Source: Pseudomonadota bacterium (GTDB lineage Bacteria; Myxococcota; JACRCW01; JAFGSX01). From it: a stretch of 64,000 bases of DNA. Both the position numbers and the translations under genes were made by a program. This document shows, in pieces, positions 52,569 to 63,504 of this stretch; position 1 is the stretch's first letter; every line of letters begins with the position of its first letter. The notes under the pieces were generated by a model. It was not told where the DNA came from. It made no database searches and was given only the letters and a program-made list of their open reading frames with translations. The stretch is taken from positions 1 to 64,000 of the forward strand of contig JBDRCO010000072.1 of assembly GCA_043821645.1 (NCBI GenBank), in the 5' to 3' direction.

Positions 52569-53819
52569 GTGAGCCGTCGCAGCACCCATGGTGGACACCT
52601 CAACTGCTCGTTCTGCGGCAAGAGCCAGCGCGAGGTGCGCAAGCTCATCGCCGGGCCCACGGTCTACATCTGCGACGAGTGCATCCGGCTGTGCAATGAC
52701 ATCATCGCCGAGGAGAGCCAGCGCCAGGGCGAGGAAGCGCAGCCCGAGAACCTGGCCCGACCGCGCGAGATCAAGGCCTTTCTCGATGACTACGTGGTGG
52801 GCCAGGAGCGCGCCAAGAAGGTGCTGTCGGTCGCGGTCTACAACCACTACAAGCGCATCTTCTCGCGCGTGGACCAGGGCGGGGTCGAGATCGCCAAGAG
52901 CAACATCCTGCTGCTCGGCCCCACCGGAGTGGGCAAGACCCTGCTGGCGCAGTCCCTGGCCAAGTTCCTCAACGTGCCCTTCGCCATGGCCGACGCCACC
53001 ACCCTGACCGAGGCCGGCTACGTCGGTGAGGATGTCGAGTCCGTGATCCAGAGCCTGCTGGCCACCGCCGACAACGACGTGGAAAAGGCGGCTAAGGGCA
53101 TCGTCTACATCGACGAGATCGACAAGGTTGCACGCAAGGGTGAGGGCCCGAGCGTGACCCGCGACGTCTCCGGTGAGGGCGTGCAGCAGGGCCTGCTCAA
53201 GCTCATCGAGGGCACCCGCGCCAACGTGACCCCGCGCGGCGCCAAGAAGTACTCGCACCAGGAATACGTCGCCGTCGACACCACCAACATCCTGTTCATC
53301 GTCGGTGGATCGTTCAATGGCCTGGACCAGCTGATCAGCCGACGCATCGGGCGCAAGGGCATCGGCTTCGGCGCCGAGCTGATCTACAAATCGGAGCAGC
53401 GACTGGGCGAGATCCTGCGCCACGTCAAACCCGTGGACATGGTGCAGTACGGCCTGATCCCCGAATTCGTGGGGCGCCTGCCCGTGATCGCCACCCTCGA
53501 CGACCTCAGCCGCGAGGACCTGATCACCATCCTCACCCAGCCCAAGAACGCGCTGTCGCGCCAGTACAAGAAGCTGTTCGACCTCGAGAAGGTCAAGCTC
53601 AGCTTCACCCGTGGCGCCCTCGAGGCTGCAGCCGATCAGGCCATGAAGCGCAAGGGAGGAGCGCGCAGCCTGCGCGCCATCCTCGAGAACGTGATGCTCG
53701 ACATCATGTACACCGTGCCCTACCTGCCCGGGATCAAGGAATGCAAGGTCACCCGGGAAGTGGTCGAGTCTGGCGCCGAACCCATCCTGATCATCGAGGA
53801 AGAGAAGAAGGTCGGATAG
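52569..53819 (+). CDS. clpX: ATP-dependent Clp protease ATP-binding subunit ClpX (orphan paralog)
   Basis: CSFCGK...CDEC zinc domain, [35 protein letters not shown] loop, GARSLR. Confidence 0.96.
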   Translation: MSRRSTHGGHLNCSFCGKSQREVRKLIAGPTVYICDECIRLCNDIIAEESQRQGEEAQPENLARPREIKAFLDDYVVGQERAKKVLSVAVYNHYKRIFSRVDQGGVEIAKSNILLLGPTGVGKTLLAQSLAKFLNVPFAMADATTLTEAGYVGEDVESVIQSLLATADNDVEKAAKGIVYIDEIDKVARKGEGPSVTRDVSGEGVQQGLLKLIEGTRANVTPRGAKKYSHQEYVAVDTTNILFIVGGSFNGLDQLISRRIGRKGIGFGAELIYKSEQRLGEILRHVKPVDMVQYGLIPEFVGRLPVIATLDDLSREDLITILTQPKNALSRQYKKLFDLEKVKLSFTRGALEAAADQAMKRKGGARSLRAILENVMLDIMYTVPYLPGIKECKVTREVVESGAEPILIIEEEKKVG

Positions 53820-53884
53820 TCGGTTTATCCGTGCCCCGCCTCCTGCCTTGACCCTGCGCCGTCTGCCGAACAGGATCGCCGATC

Positions 53885-54865
<981 letters not shown>

Positions 54866-54867
54866 GC

Positions 54868-56187
54868 ATGCTGCCGTCGCTGCGCCTCGCCGGGCTGTGC
54901 GCGGCCCTGTCCACGCTCACCCTCGGGGCGACGCTGTGGCCGCAGGCCCTGTGGGCCGGACTCGCCGCACAGCTCACGCTCCTCGCCTGCGCCCTGCTCG
55001 ACGGCCTGCTCATCCACGGCCAGCCCAAGCCGCAGGTGCGACGCGTGTTGCCCTCGAAGCTGGTGCTGCACCGTCCGGCCGAGGTCCGGCTGGATGTGTC
55101 GGGGCTGCGCCGAGATGAGCGGATCGTGCTCGCGGACACGCCGCCATCCTTCCTGCATAGCGAGGCTCACAGAGGTGAGTTCCTTGTCGGCGGCGAAACC
55201 GCGACCCTGAAGTATCAGGTGCTCCCCCTGCAACGAGGCGCGTGGAGCTATGGACCGGTAGAGCTGCGCCGCAGGGGGCCCCTGGGGCTGGTGCACCGGC
55301 GATGGCGCTGGTCGCTCGACGACAGCATCGAGGTACTGCCGGACCTCGCCGCGGCAGGGCGCGCCGCTCTGGCCATCCGCAAGGCGCACCGCCTCGGTGC
55401 CGGGCGCGGTGTGCGCGGTGCCGCCGGAAGCGGGCGCGAGTTCGATTCGTTGCGCCCCTACGTGCGCGGTGACGACGTGCGGCTGGTGGACTGGAAGGCC
55501 ACGGCACGGCGACGCCAGCCCGTGGTCCGCCATGACCAGGCCGAGCGCCACCAGAATGTGTTGCTGGTGCTCGACGCCGGACGGCACATGACCGCGCGCT
55601 CCCGCGCTCGCCGCGGAGCCGGTCAGGCGAGCAAGCTGGACCTGGCCCTGGAGGCCGCGCTGGCGCTTGCCTGCGCAGCCATCGACGTGGGCGACCGCGT
55701 GGGCGCCCTGATCTTCGACGACAAGCCACGCCACTTCGTGCCCTGTGGTACGGGCCGCCGCCACCTGCACCAGCTGTCTCGCCGCATTGGCATGGTGCAG
55801 GCCCGGCTGGTGGAAGCGGACCCCGCCGCAGCCCTGGCCGTGGTCCTACACAGACTGGCGCGGCGCAGCCTGGTCTGCCTGTTCACCGACGTCAGCGATC
55901 CGCTGTCGGCCCGGGCCCTGGTCGAGGCGCAGCGGGTGCTGGCACGGCGGCACCTGGTCCTGGTGGTGGCCTTGCGCGATCCCGATTTCGACCGCGACCG
56001 GGGCGTGCACGACCCCGCCAGCGATTCCTTCGAGCGCCTGGCAGTGCACGAACTGCTCACCCTGCGCGGCCGCGCGCTACACCTGCTAAGCAGCGCAGGA
56101 GCGGCCGTTGTCGACGTGGGTGCGCACCAGATTCGGACCTCGACCCTGGATGCCTACCTCGACATCAAGCTGCGCGGTCGGCTCTGA
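54868..56187 (+). CDS. DUF58 domain membrane protein (MoxR partner)
   Basis: N-terminal TM pair; EFDSLRPYVRGDDVRLVDWKATARR; LDAGRHM; LFTD. Confidence 0.9.
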   Translation: MLPSLRLAGLCAALSTLTLGATLWPQALWAGLAAQLTLLACALLDGLLIHGQPKPQVRRVLPSKLVLHRPAEVRLDVSGLRRDERIVLADTPPSFLHSEAHRGEFLVGGETATLKYQVLPLQRGAWSYGPVELRRRGPLGLVHRRWRWSLDDSIEVLPDLAAAGRAALAIRKAHRLGAGRGVRGAAGSGREFDSLRPYVRGDDVRLVDWKATARRRQPVVRHDQAERHQNVLLVLDAGRHMTARSRARRGAGQASKLDLALEAALALACAAIDVGDRVGALIFDDKPRHFVPCGTGRRHLHQLSRRIGMVQARLVEADPAAALAVVLHRLARRSLVCLFTDVSDPLSARALVEAQRVLARRHLVLVVALRDPDFDRDRGVHDPASDSFERLAVHELLTLRGRALHLLSSAGAAVVDVGAHQIRTSTLDAYLDIKLRGRL

Positions 56188-56282
56188 GGACGCTGTGCTG
56201 CAGCCTGTCAGCCCGGCCACCCCAAGGCCCCAAACTAGGCGTTGCCGCATACCGTGGCCTGTACTAGCTTGCCGCGGCGAAT

Positions 56283-56356
56283 GCGCGATTAGCTCAGTTG
56301 GATAGAGCGTTGGCCTCCGAAGCCAAAGGCCACAGGTTCGAATCCTGTATCGCGCG
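56283..56356 (+). tRNA. tRNA-Arg (anticodon CCG), CCA not encoded
   Basis: Cloverleaf: acceptor GCGCGAT/ATCGCGC, D arm GCTC/GAGC, anticodon arm TTGGC-CTCCGAA-GCCAA, T arm ACAGG-TTCGAAT-CCTGT; upstream TTGCCG-17-TAGCTT promoter-like motif. Confidence 0.96.
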
Positions 56357-56416
56357 CTCCTGTTCACCCTTTCGCACCGCCATCCACGGTGCGTGCGAAC
56401 TCGCGGAGTGAGGCGC

Positions 56417-56818
56417 ATGGGGGACCGCAAGAAGGCCGCAGATCGACGCAGTGCCAGCCAGCCGGTGAGCGCGGACAGACGCAGGTCCGATCGGCGACAG
56501 TCGGTGCGCGCGCCCATCGACATGTGGATGGAGGAGTCCAAGGGCAATGAGCTCTACTTCCGCCGCACCGGAAACCTGTCGTCGGGCGGGGTGTTCTTCG
56601 AGCAGAGCATCCCGCATCCCCTGGGCACCCGCGTCAGCCTCAAGTTCACCTTGCCCGGACACCAGACCGTGATCGAGGCCGTGGCAGAGATCGTGAACAC
56701 CCCCGGCGAGAAAGACGGCCTGGGCATGGGCGTACGCTTCGTCGAGCTCGGCCAGCCCGACCGCGATCGCATCGCGTCCTTCGTGCGCCAGAGCGTCGAG
56801 AATCCGGGGGCGCGCTGA
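56417..56818 (+). CDS. Single PilZ-domain protein (TIGR02266-like)
   Basis: RQSVR (RxxxR), NLSSGGVF, GMGVRF. Confidence 0.87.
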   Translation: MGDRKKAADRRSASQPVSADRRRSDRRQSVRAPIDMWMEESKGNELYFRRTGNLSSGGVFFEQSIPHPLGTRVSLKFTLPGHQTVIEAVAEIVNTPGEKDGLGMGVRFVELGQPDRDRIASFVRQSVENPGAR

Positions 56819-56885
56819 CCACCCCCGCAGGAGCGCGCAGCAAGCCCTGCAGCCCCACACCTTCGACTCTGCGGGGAACCCTGGT

Positions 56886-57320
56886 CTAGATTTCTGTCAC
56901 GGACAGGTTGACCTGCACCGCCTTGTTGGCCTCGATGGTGACCCCGGGGGTGCAGCCAAAGCCGCGGCGCGCGCTGGTGTTCAGGTCCACCACTTCGGCC
57001 CCGAAGATGCGATCCGGGCCCGCCGGAATGTCGATGAGTTCCAGGGTCACCGCGCCACTTTCGAGCTGGTTGGCATTGGCGCTGTCCTTGGCGAGGATGT
57101 CGATGCGGCTGGTGTCCTGAAAGGTGGGGTCGCTGGCCTGCAGCATGCTGCAGCTGACCTTGCCTCCACCCTTGAGGTCCTGGGACAGCACGTAGACCGT
57201 GAGCACGTCGGTGGATGAGAAGGCCGCCAGCTCGAGGGTCAGCTCGGTGCGGCCGCCGACCTCGGGGCCACAGGCCGAGAGCATCAGAGCCAGACCTGTC
57301 AGCAGGCAGAAGCTGCGCAT
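56886..57320 (-). CDS. Hypothetical lipoprotein
   Basis: MRSFCLLTGLALMLSAC lipobox; GAGGAG SD. Confidence 0.72.
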   Translation of the reverse strand: MRSFCLLTGLALMLSACGPEVGGRTELTLELAAFSSTDVLTVYVLSQDLKGGGKVSCSMLQASDPTFQDTSRIDILAKDSANANQLESGAVTLELIDIPAGPDRIFGAEVVDLNTSARRGFGCTPGVTIEANKAVQVNLSVTEI

Positions 57321-57365
57321 GAGAACTCCTCAGGCCGTGGGTGGCGGAAGACCCACCACAGGTCG

Positions 57366-58250
57366 TCAGTTCTTGGTCACCGTGACCGTTGCCGTGCCCG
57401 TGCCCTGCTGCGAGAGCAGCACGTAGGCGCCTATCCCGACCAGGGCGCCCACCACGACCACGGCACCGGTGACCACGCCGATGGTCACCCACAGGGTCGT
57501 GTCGTCCTCCTCCGCGGTCCCGGAACCCGTGCCGCTGCCAAGGTCGGCCTGGGTCCCCAGCACCTCGAAGACCAGGGGCAGCGTCGGAGTGCCCACACCG
57601 GTGAGCCGGCTGTCCGCAGCGTCGGTGGCTTCCGAGTAGTACTCCACCGTGTAGTCCTCGGGATCGGCGTCAAGGATGAAGCCGGGCACCGTACCGACCC
57701 AGCCTCCGTCGTCGCCCCGGACCGCATCCACCGGTGTGTAGTGCGGTGTGCCCACGCGGCGGTAGAAGAACTGCACGCGCTGGATCTGGGCGGCGCGGGT
57801 CCGGTCACCGATCTCCAGGCGCAGGGCCACGTCCTTGCCTGGCTGCACCGAACCGACCGGCGTGAGCTGGGGCTTGAAGGTCTCATCCAGACCACCGGAG
57901 GTGCGCAAGGTTGAGAACACCGCGTCGAAGACTTCTCGCACCTTGGGCGACACACCGCGGGGCATGGTGTAGCTGGGGTCCGCGAGGATCAGGTTTCGAA
58001 ATGCGGCCTCGGCCCGGGCTCGCTTGCCCAGTGCCACCATCACGGTGCCCTGCAGACGGTACAGGTCGACCAGCTCGGCCTTCTGCAGACCGCCGGACGC
58101 CAGAGCCTTGCGCAGGACCCGGGCGGCCTGGTCGTACTCGGCCTCGTCGACAAGGTTCTGCGCCTCGGACACAGCGTCGGCGCGGGCGTTCACGCTGACC
58201 GACAGTGCACCGAAGACGCACAGAACTGCGAGCGCTCGATGGGGTTTCAT
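57366..58250 (-). CDS. Secreted TPR + Ig-like protein with a C-terminal TM helix
   Basis: Signal peptide, TPR-like helices, FFYRRVG/VEYYSEA beta-sandwich, hydrophobic C-terminal helix. Confidence 0.7.
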   Translation of the reverse strand: MKPHRALAVLCVFGALSVSVNARADAVSEAQNLVDEAEYDQAARVLRKALASGGLQKAELVDLYRLQGTVMVALGKRARAEAAFRNLILADPSYTMPRGVSPKVREVFDAVFSTLRTSGGLDETFKPQLTPVGSVQPGKDVALRLEIGDRTRAAQIQRVQFFYRRVGTPHYTPVDAVRGDDGGWVGTVPGFILDADPEDYTVEYYSEATDAADSRLTGVGTPTLPLVFEVLGTQADLGSGTGSGTAEEDDTTLWVTIGVVTGAVVVVGALVGIGAYVLLSQQGTGTATVTVTKN

Positions 58251-58256
58251 GGCGCC

Positions 58257-58285
58257 ATCGAACGACGGGGCGAGGTCGATGTCAA
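58257..58285 (-). promoter_or_regulatory. Putative sigma70 promoter giving a leaderless mRNA for the gene starting at 58250
   Basis: Minus strand TTGACA-17 nt-TTCGAT-6 nt-ATG. Confidence 0.55.
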
Positions 58286-58364
58286 GCGCACCCACTTCGC
58301 CGATGCATACCAGATCTGGCCGTTTTTTTGCGCTGAGAGCCGAGTGGTGGCTCAATGGAGCTCA

Positions 58365-58856
58365 ATGGCACCACAACGCACCCCCTGTCCCCCGCGCCCC
58401 CCCGCGACCCGCCGCCGGAGGCCGCGCATCGAAGTCGTCGATCACCAGAACCTGGTCGGGCACTGGGGCTTTGCGCCGGCGGGCGAGGCTCCCGGGCAGG
58501 CTCGCGGCTGCCTCAGCCTGGAGCCCTCGGGTCTGGCCCGCTGGACCCCACCAGCCGCGGCCGGTGCGGATGCCAGGCGTGGCCTGTGGTGCCTGGCCGG
58601 AACCCACCTGGTACTTGCCCTCGACGGTGGCGCCGCCTTCTCGGGCCCGGTGGTGCCCATGAGCAAGCGACTGCTGTGGGGCGCCGGTGTGTGGGTGCGC
58701 CTGGTGCGCGAGGCCTCACGGCCCACGCTGTGCCGGACCCGCGCCCGCGCCATGGGCACACGGGTGACGCCGCGCCCGACCCTGGCTCGGGTGGCGCCTG
58801 CCCTGGCTTCTGCCGCGGCCTTGCTGATGGCCCTGGGTGCGCTCCTGCCTTCGTGA
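58365..58856 (+). CDS. Hypothetical protein with a C-terminal hydrophobic helix
   Basis: GGAG SD before ATG 58365; fills the intergenic gap; no recognisable family. Confidence 0.4.
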   Translation: MAPQRTPCPPRPPATRRRRPRIEVVDHQNLVGHWGFAPAGEAPGQARGCLSLEPSGLARWTPPAAAGADARRGLWCLAGTHLVLALDGGAAFSGPVVPMSKRLLWGAGVWVRLVREASRPTLCRTRARAMGTRVTPRPTLARVAPALASAAALLMALGALLPS

Positions 58857-59082
58857 CCCGAGGCGGGATAGCAGGCCTCTCGTCTATCTATGCCCGCGGC
58901 GACCAGCCCATGACACCGGCCTCCGGCGATGCCCCGCTGAGCCTGACCAAACCGGTGCTGCTCGACGTCCATCTGAACCGATGCTTCGAGGCGCCGGGCA
59001 TCCCCGATGGCGCGACCGGCAGGGGCACTGCGGGCCTGGCCCGGATTGGCATATACTGCATGGGAACACCCGGGGAGGCCCG

Positions 59083-61095
59083 ATGAGCTGGCGACCGCTC
59101 GTGCCTGCGTTCGGCGCAATGCTCTGGCTGGCGGGCTGTCCACCGCAGAGCAACGTGATCTACTGCAATACCAGCCGGGAGTGTCCGGCTGCGAACCGCT
59201 GTGTCGACGGACGCTGCCAGCTTTTCACCCCGCCCGCGGATGCCGCGGCTGCGGACGGCGTGATCCTCGACGCGTCGAGACCCGACGCGACACGCCTCGA
59301 TAGCACGACCCGGGATCGCGCCTCCTCCGGCGACGCGGCGGCCTCAGACCATGCCCTGGGCCAGGACCGGCCGACAGATGCGTCTGCAGGAGATGGCACG
59401 GCACGCGACGACGCCTCGGGACGGGATGCCCTGACGAGCCCGGACAGTGCCGCGCTGGACGCGCAGCCCACGGATGCCGGTTCCGGCGACACCGGGCCCC
59501 AGCCCGATGCCTCTGTCGCGACCGATGCCCTGCAGGCTGGCGACGCCACCTGGCCGGACTCGGCGACCGCGGACGCAGCCGGGACCACAGCCATGAGCGC
59601 CCTGCAGCTGTGCAGCGTGTACCTGAGCGCCATGCAGACGAATGGGACCTGCCAGGAACAACCCACCTATGCTGCCGAACTCTCGGATCAGGAGCTGCTG
59701 CAGCGGGCCTGTCGACCAGGCATGGCCGCCCGGCGCTGGGCGGACGATCTCCTCGCCTCGTGGACGGCTGGTCGCGTCGTCCTGGACTGGCCCCTGGCCT
59801 GGGCCTGCCTGGAGGCCTCGCGCACTCTTCGCCTGCGCAATCCAGGCTACGCCCTGCCCGACGACCAGGGCTGGCAGCAGCTGCAGGCCACCACCTGCCA
59901 CGACTTTCACCAGGGGGCGGTGGCCGACGGAGAGCCCTGCAACTGGTCCTGGGACTGCGCCGACGGCAGTGCCTGCTACACGCTCACCCCCTACCTCGCG
60001 GACAGCACCGTGTGCGGCCAGCCGGGGAGCCTGCATGCGAGCTGTTCCACGGCCTGGCCCTGTGCCGAGAACCTGTACTGTAACGCCGACACCTGCGAGG
60101 TCCTGAAGCAGCCCGGCGAGCAGTGCGTGATGGGCGAGGAGTGCGCGTCCAGCTCCTGTGCGAACAACCTGTGCAGTGCGCTGCCGGCACCCCCCATCGA
60201 GGTGGGCCAGGTTTGCCACGACGGGGACATCTGTGCGGGTGACTGCCACGCGTGCCTCCCTGTCACGTCGACGGGAACAGCACGGCAGTGCCAGCATCTC
60301 GCGCTCAGGGGTGCCTACTGCCGGGATCGCAACGACTGCCTGCCCGATCTGGGGTGCACCAGTCAGCGCTGCACCACCGTCGGCGTGGGCGAGGTGTGCG
60401 GGGATGCCAGCGGGTCCCTGTGCCATGCAGACCTGTTCTGTGTGCACGCCGAGGATTGCCACAGCTACGACGGAGACAGCACGGCCTGTCAGGCGCACGC
60501 ACCGAGCTGTGTCGTCGGAGTCGGCCAGGTTTGCAACCCGGGAGCCAGGACCTGCGTGAGCAGCCTGCCTGCCAGCGGCGCCTGTCTGCCAGATGGCGAG
60601 TGCGCCGAGGCGCGGTACTGCGATCCCGCGGGGCAGTGCCGGCCCCTGGCCGTGCGCACCCAGGCCTGCTCCAGCGACGGAGCGACGGCGCCGCGCTGCG
60701 GGGACGACCTGGTGTGCGTCAATGGTCTGTGCCAGTTCGTCTGTGCCGTCCCCGAGGACTGCCAGCCCGGAGATTTCTGCAACAGCTCCAGCAAGCAGTG
60801 TGAATCCCTGCCCTCCAGCGCATGCACCAGCGACGTGCAGTGCGGTCTCGATCGCTTCTGCGACACGTCCAGCAACAGCTGCCTCGCGACACTCGGCGTC
60901 GGGGCCCCCTGCAGCCGGGACGTTCAGTGCAGCACAGAACAATGCCTGGCGGACCCGGCCAGCGGAGCCCAGCGCTGCGCCATCGACCACGTCGACGGCT
61001 GCATCCCCGACCATCGCGCGGACTGGGTGCGCCTGGTGTTCTTGTTCGGTGCGGTCCTGTTCACCGCGCGCCGCCGATTGCACAGGGGAGACTGA
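59083..61095 (+). CDS. Cys-rich lipoprotein (Dickkopf-like repeats) with a MYXO-CTERM-like C-terminus
   Basis: WLAGC lipobox; DA(A/G/S)-rich linker; many C-x5-C repeats; ends GC...WVRLVFLFGAVLFTARRR. Confidence 0.78.
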   Translation: MSWRPLVPAFGAMLWLAGCPPQSNVIYCNTSRECPAANRCVDGRCQLFTPPADAAAADGVILDASRPDATRLDSTTRDRASSGDAAASDHALGQDRPTDASAGDGTARDDASGRDALTSPDSAALDAQPTDAGSGDTGPQPDASVATDALQAGDATWPDSATADAAGTTAMSALQLCSVYLSAMQTNGTCQEQPTYAAELSDQELLQRACRPGMAARRWADDLLASWTAGRVVLDWPLAWACLEASRTLRLRNPGYALPDDQGWQQLQATTCHDFHQGAVADGEPCNWSWDCADGSACYTLTPYLADSTVCGQPGSLHASCSTAWPCAENLYCNADTCEVLKQPGEQCVMGEECASSSCANNLCSALPAPPIEVGQVCHDGDICAGDCHACLPVTSTGTARQCQHLALRGAYCRDRNDCLPDLGCTSQRCTTVGVGEVCGDASGSLCHADLFCVHAEDCHSYDGDSTACQAHAPSCVVGVGQVCNPGARTCVSSLPASGACLPDGECAEARYCDPAGQCRPLAVRTQACSSDGATAPRCGDDLVCVNGLCQFVCAVPEDCQPGDFCNSSSKQCESLPSSACTSDVQCGLDRFCDTSSNSCLATLGVGAPCSRDVQCSTEQCLADPASGAQRCAIDHVDGCIPDHRADWVRLVFLFGAVLFTARRRLHRGD

Positions 61096-61099
61096 GGCC

Positions 61100-62134
61100 T
61101 TGACCGAGCCCCATCCCGCGCGCTGGTTCGAAGGGCCGGACGGACGCGGCAAGATCCGCTGCACCCTGTGCCCGCGCGACTGTCGCCTGGGGCCTGGTCA
61201 GGCCGGCTTCTGCTTCATCCGTCAGAACCAGGGCGGGCACCTGGTCACCCTGGGCCACGGCGTCAGCACGGGCTTCGCGGTGGACCCCATCGAGAAGAAG
61301 CCGCTGTTTCACTTCTACCCCGGGACCTCCATTCTCAGCTTCGGCACCGCCGGCTGCAACCTGGGCTGCCGTTTTTGCCAGAACTGGACCTCGAGCAAGG
61401 CCCACAGCGTGGATCGCCACGGTGTCGAGGCCGCACCTGCCGAGGTGGTCGATCTCGCCGTGGAACACGGCGTACCCAGCATCGCCTTCACCTACAACGA
61501 CCCCGTGATCTTCGCCGAGTACGCGATCGACGTGGCGCGCATCGCCCACCAGCGAGGCGTTCACACCGTGGCTGTCACGGCGGGCTACATCTCGCCAGGC
61601 GCGCGGGAGGAGTTCTTTGGCCACATCGACGCTGCCAACGTGGATCTCAAATCCATGGACGCGTCCTTTTACAAGAAAATGTGCGCGGCCAAGCTCGGAC
61701 CCGTGCTCGACACCCTCGAGTATCTGGCGAAGGAGACGCAGGTGTGGGTCGAGCTGACCAATCTGGTCATTCCCGGACACAATGACAGCGACGACCAGCT
61801 CGAGCGCCTGGCGCGCTGGGTGGTCGAGCACATGGGCCCGGAGGTGCCAGTGCATTTCTCGGCCTTCCATCCCGATTTCAAGCTCACCGAGGTGCCCCGC
61901 ACACCGCCCGCCACCCTGCAGCGGGCCCGCGACATCGCCACCCAGCACGGCCTGCGCCATGTCTACACAGGCAACGTGCACGACCCGCGGGGTCAGTCCA
62001 CCTTCTGCCCGCAGTGTCAGGCGCTGCTGGTAGGTCGAAGCGGCTACCACATCGAGAGCGTGGCGCTCGACGACAAGGCGGCGTGTCTGCACTGCGGCAG
62101 CGTGCTCGCGGGTCGTTTTGGCCCTGCTGCCTGA
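61100..62134 (+). CDS. amrS: AmmeMemoRadiSam system radical SAM enzyme
   Basis: CTLCPRDC, DPIEKKPLFHFYPG, GCNLGCRFCQNW, AFTYNDP, VYTGNVHD, CPQC...CLHCG; TTG start. Confidence 0.92.
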   Translation: MTEPHPARWFEGPDGRGKIRCTLCPRDCRLGPGQAGFCFIRQNQGGHLVTLGHGVSTGFAVDPIEKKPLFHFYPGTSILSFGTAGCNLGCRFCQNWTSSKAHSVDRHGVEAAPAEVVDLAVEHGVPSIAFTYNDPVIFAEYAIDVARIAHQRGVHTVAVTAGYISPGAREEFFGHIDAANVDLKSMDASFYKKMCAAKLGPVLDTLEYLAKETQVWVELTNLVIPGHNDSDDQLERLARWVVEHMGPEVPVHFSAFHPDFKLTEVPRTPPATLQRARDIATQHGLRHVYTGNVHDPRGQSTFCPQCQALLVGRSGYHIESVALDDKAACLHCGSVLAGRFGPAA

Positions 62135-62850
62135 TGGCACCCGGGACGTTGGAGTTGCTGGCCCGGATCGCCCTGGGCGAGGTCCGCAGCGAGGATTACG
62201 TCTCCTGGGCCTGCCGCTCCCTGGAGGAGGGGCAGGACAGCCGTCACCTGCGCATGCTGGCGGGCATGACGGCGGACGCGTCACTGTTCGAGGTCGAGGA
62301 GCTGTTCGGACGCGTGGCCCGCGAGCTTGGCCTGAGTCTGCCGTCACCGGAACGGGCCGTGCTCGACCTGGCCGTGCACATCGCCCGCGCCATGCTCGGC
62401 GGAGAGTACGATCTGAGACAGGGCGTTCGAGAACTGGCCAGACTGTGTGCGGCCAGCGAGTACCGTTACGACGTACTGATGCCCTTTCATGACCTGGATG
62501 AAACCCTCGATGAGATGGACATGGACAGCGGCTACCTGCTGCACCCGGACCTGCGGGAGCGCCCCTGGCCCGAGGTGGCTCGCGACGAGGCCGGGCTCTT
62601 GCTGCGCTTCGTCGAGGCAGGGCTGCTCGATGGCTTCAGGCACCAGGTCGCCTGCAGCGCATGTCCCCACATCGGCAGCCCGCGCAGCCGTGACCTCGAG
62701 GGGTTGTGGAAAAACCTGCGCGATCGCCTGCGGCGGCGCCCGCGGACCGTCGCGTGGGTCTGCCAGCGCTGCGGCAGTGATCAGGTGGTGAGCCTGGACA
62801 GGATCGCGGGACGGAGACGCCTCCTGGACAGCCGTTCCAGCGCGCCCTGA
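62134..62850 (+). CDS. Hypothetical protein with a C-terminal zinc ribbon
   Basis: TGATG coupling to amrS; helical N-terminal domain; CSAC...CQRC. Confidence 0.65.
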   Translation: MAPGTLELLARIALGEVRSEDYVSWACRSLEEGQDSRHLRMLAGMTADASLFEVEELFGRVARELGLSLPSPERAVLDLAVHIARAMLGGEYDLRQGVRELARLCAASEYRYDVLMPFHDLDETLDEMDMDSGYLLHPDLRERPWPEVARDEAGLLLRFVEAGLLDGFRHQVACSACPHIGSPRSRDLEGLWKNLRDRLRRRPRTVAWVCQRCGSDQVVSLDRIAGRRRLLDSRSSAP

Positions 62851-62868
62851 GAGTGCGGCGCGGGCGGC

Positions 62869-63393
62869 TCAGCCCTGCTCGCCGCGAAGCAGCGAGTACA
62901 CCCACACGTCGACAAACTCGCCGTCCTTGAACACGCCCCGGCGCAGGGTGCCGTCGAGGTGGTAGCCGACCTTCTCGAGCACCCGGGCCGAGGCCGGGTT
63001 CCAGGCGTAGACCGTGGCCTGCAGGCGCTCGATGGGGAAGTGCTCCAGGGCATAGCGACCGGCGGCGGCCAGGGCGCGCGTGGCCAGGCCTCGCCCCCAG
63101 TAAGGTTCGCCTATCCAGTAGCCGATCTCGGCCGTGTGGCGGTGCACATCGTCGAACAACTCGAAGCCGACACCACCCACCAGCGCGGCGTCCGCCTCGA
63201 TGGCGAACAGGGTGGGGCGATCCGACTGGGCCTGGCTGCGATCTATCCACGCCTCGGCGTCTGCGCGGGTGTAGGGATGCGGAAAACGATCCCGCAGGTT
63301 GCGCCAGACCTGGCGGCTGCTGGCGAGATGAACCAGCGCATCCTCGTCGCCAGGCTGAAAGGGTCGCAGCAGAAGGCCGTCGGCTTGAATCAT
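62869..63393 (-). CDS. GNAT N-acetyltransferase (RimJ/RimL family)
   Basis: LRDRFPHPYT, AEIGYWIGEPYWGRG, NPASARVLEKVG. Confidence 0.92.
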   Translation of the reverse strand: MIQADGLLLRPFQPGDEDALVHLASSRQVWRNLRDRFPHPYTRADAEAWIDRSQAQSDRPTLFAIEADAALVGGVGFELFDDVHRHTAEIGYWIGEPYWGRGLATRALAAAGRYALEHFPIERLQATVYAWNPASARVLEKVGYHLDGTLRRGVFKDGEFVDVWVYSLLRGEQG

Positions 63394-63504
63394 CGGTGCA
63401 CGCTAGCGCCTCGCCCCGGCTCTGGCGAGGAAAGGTTGGGGTGTGACCTGGCGCGCGAATCTCGCTAGCATGCCCGCCCGTCGCGGTCGTCGAGAGGAGA
63501 TCCC

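Noticed and set aside
58350-58370. Direct repeat GCTCAATGG x2
   Set aside because: Only two short copies coinciding with SD and start codon; not enough to call a binding site.
56283-58900. tRNA-Arg as an island integration site
   Set aside because: No integrase, no duplicated tRNA 3' end seen, and no evident compositional shift.
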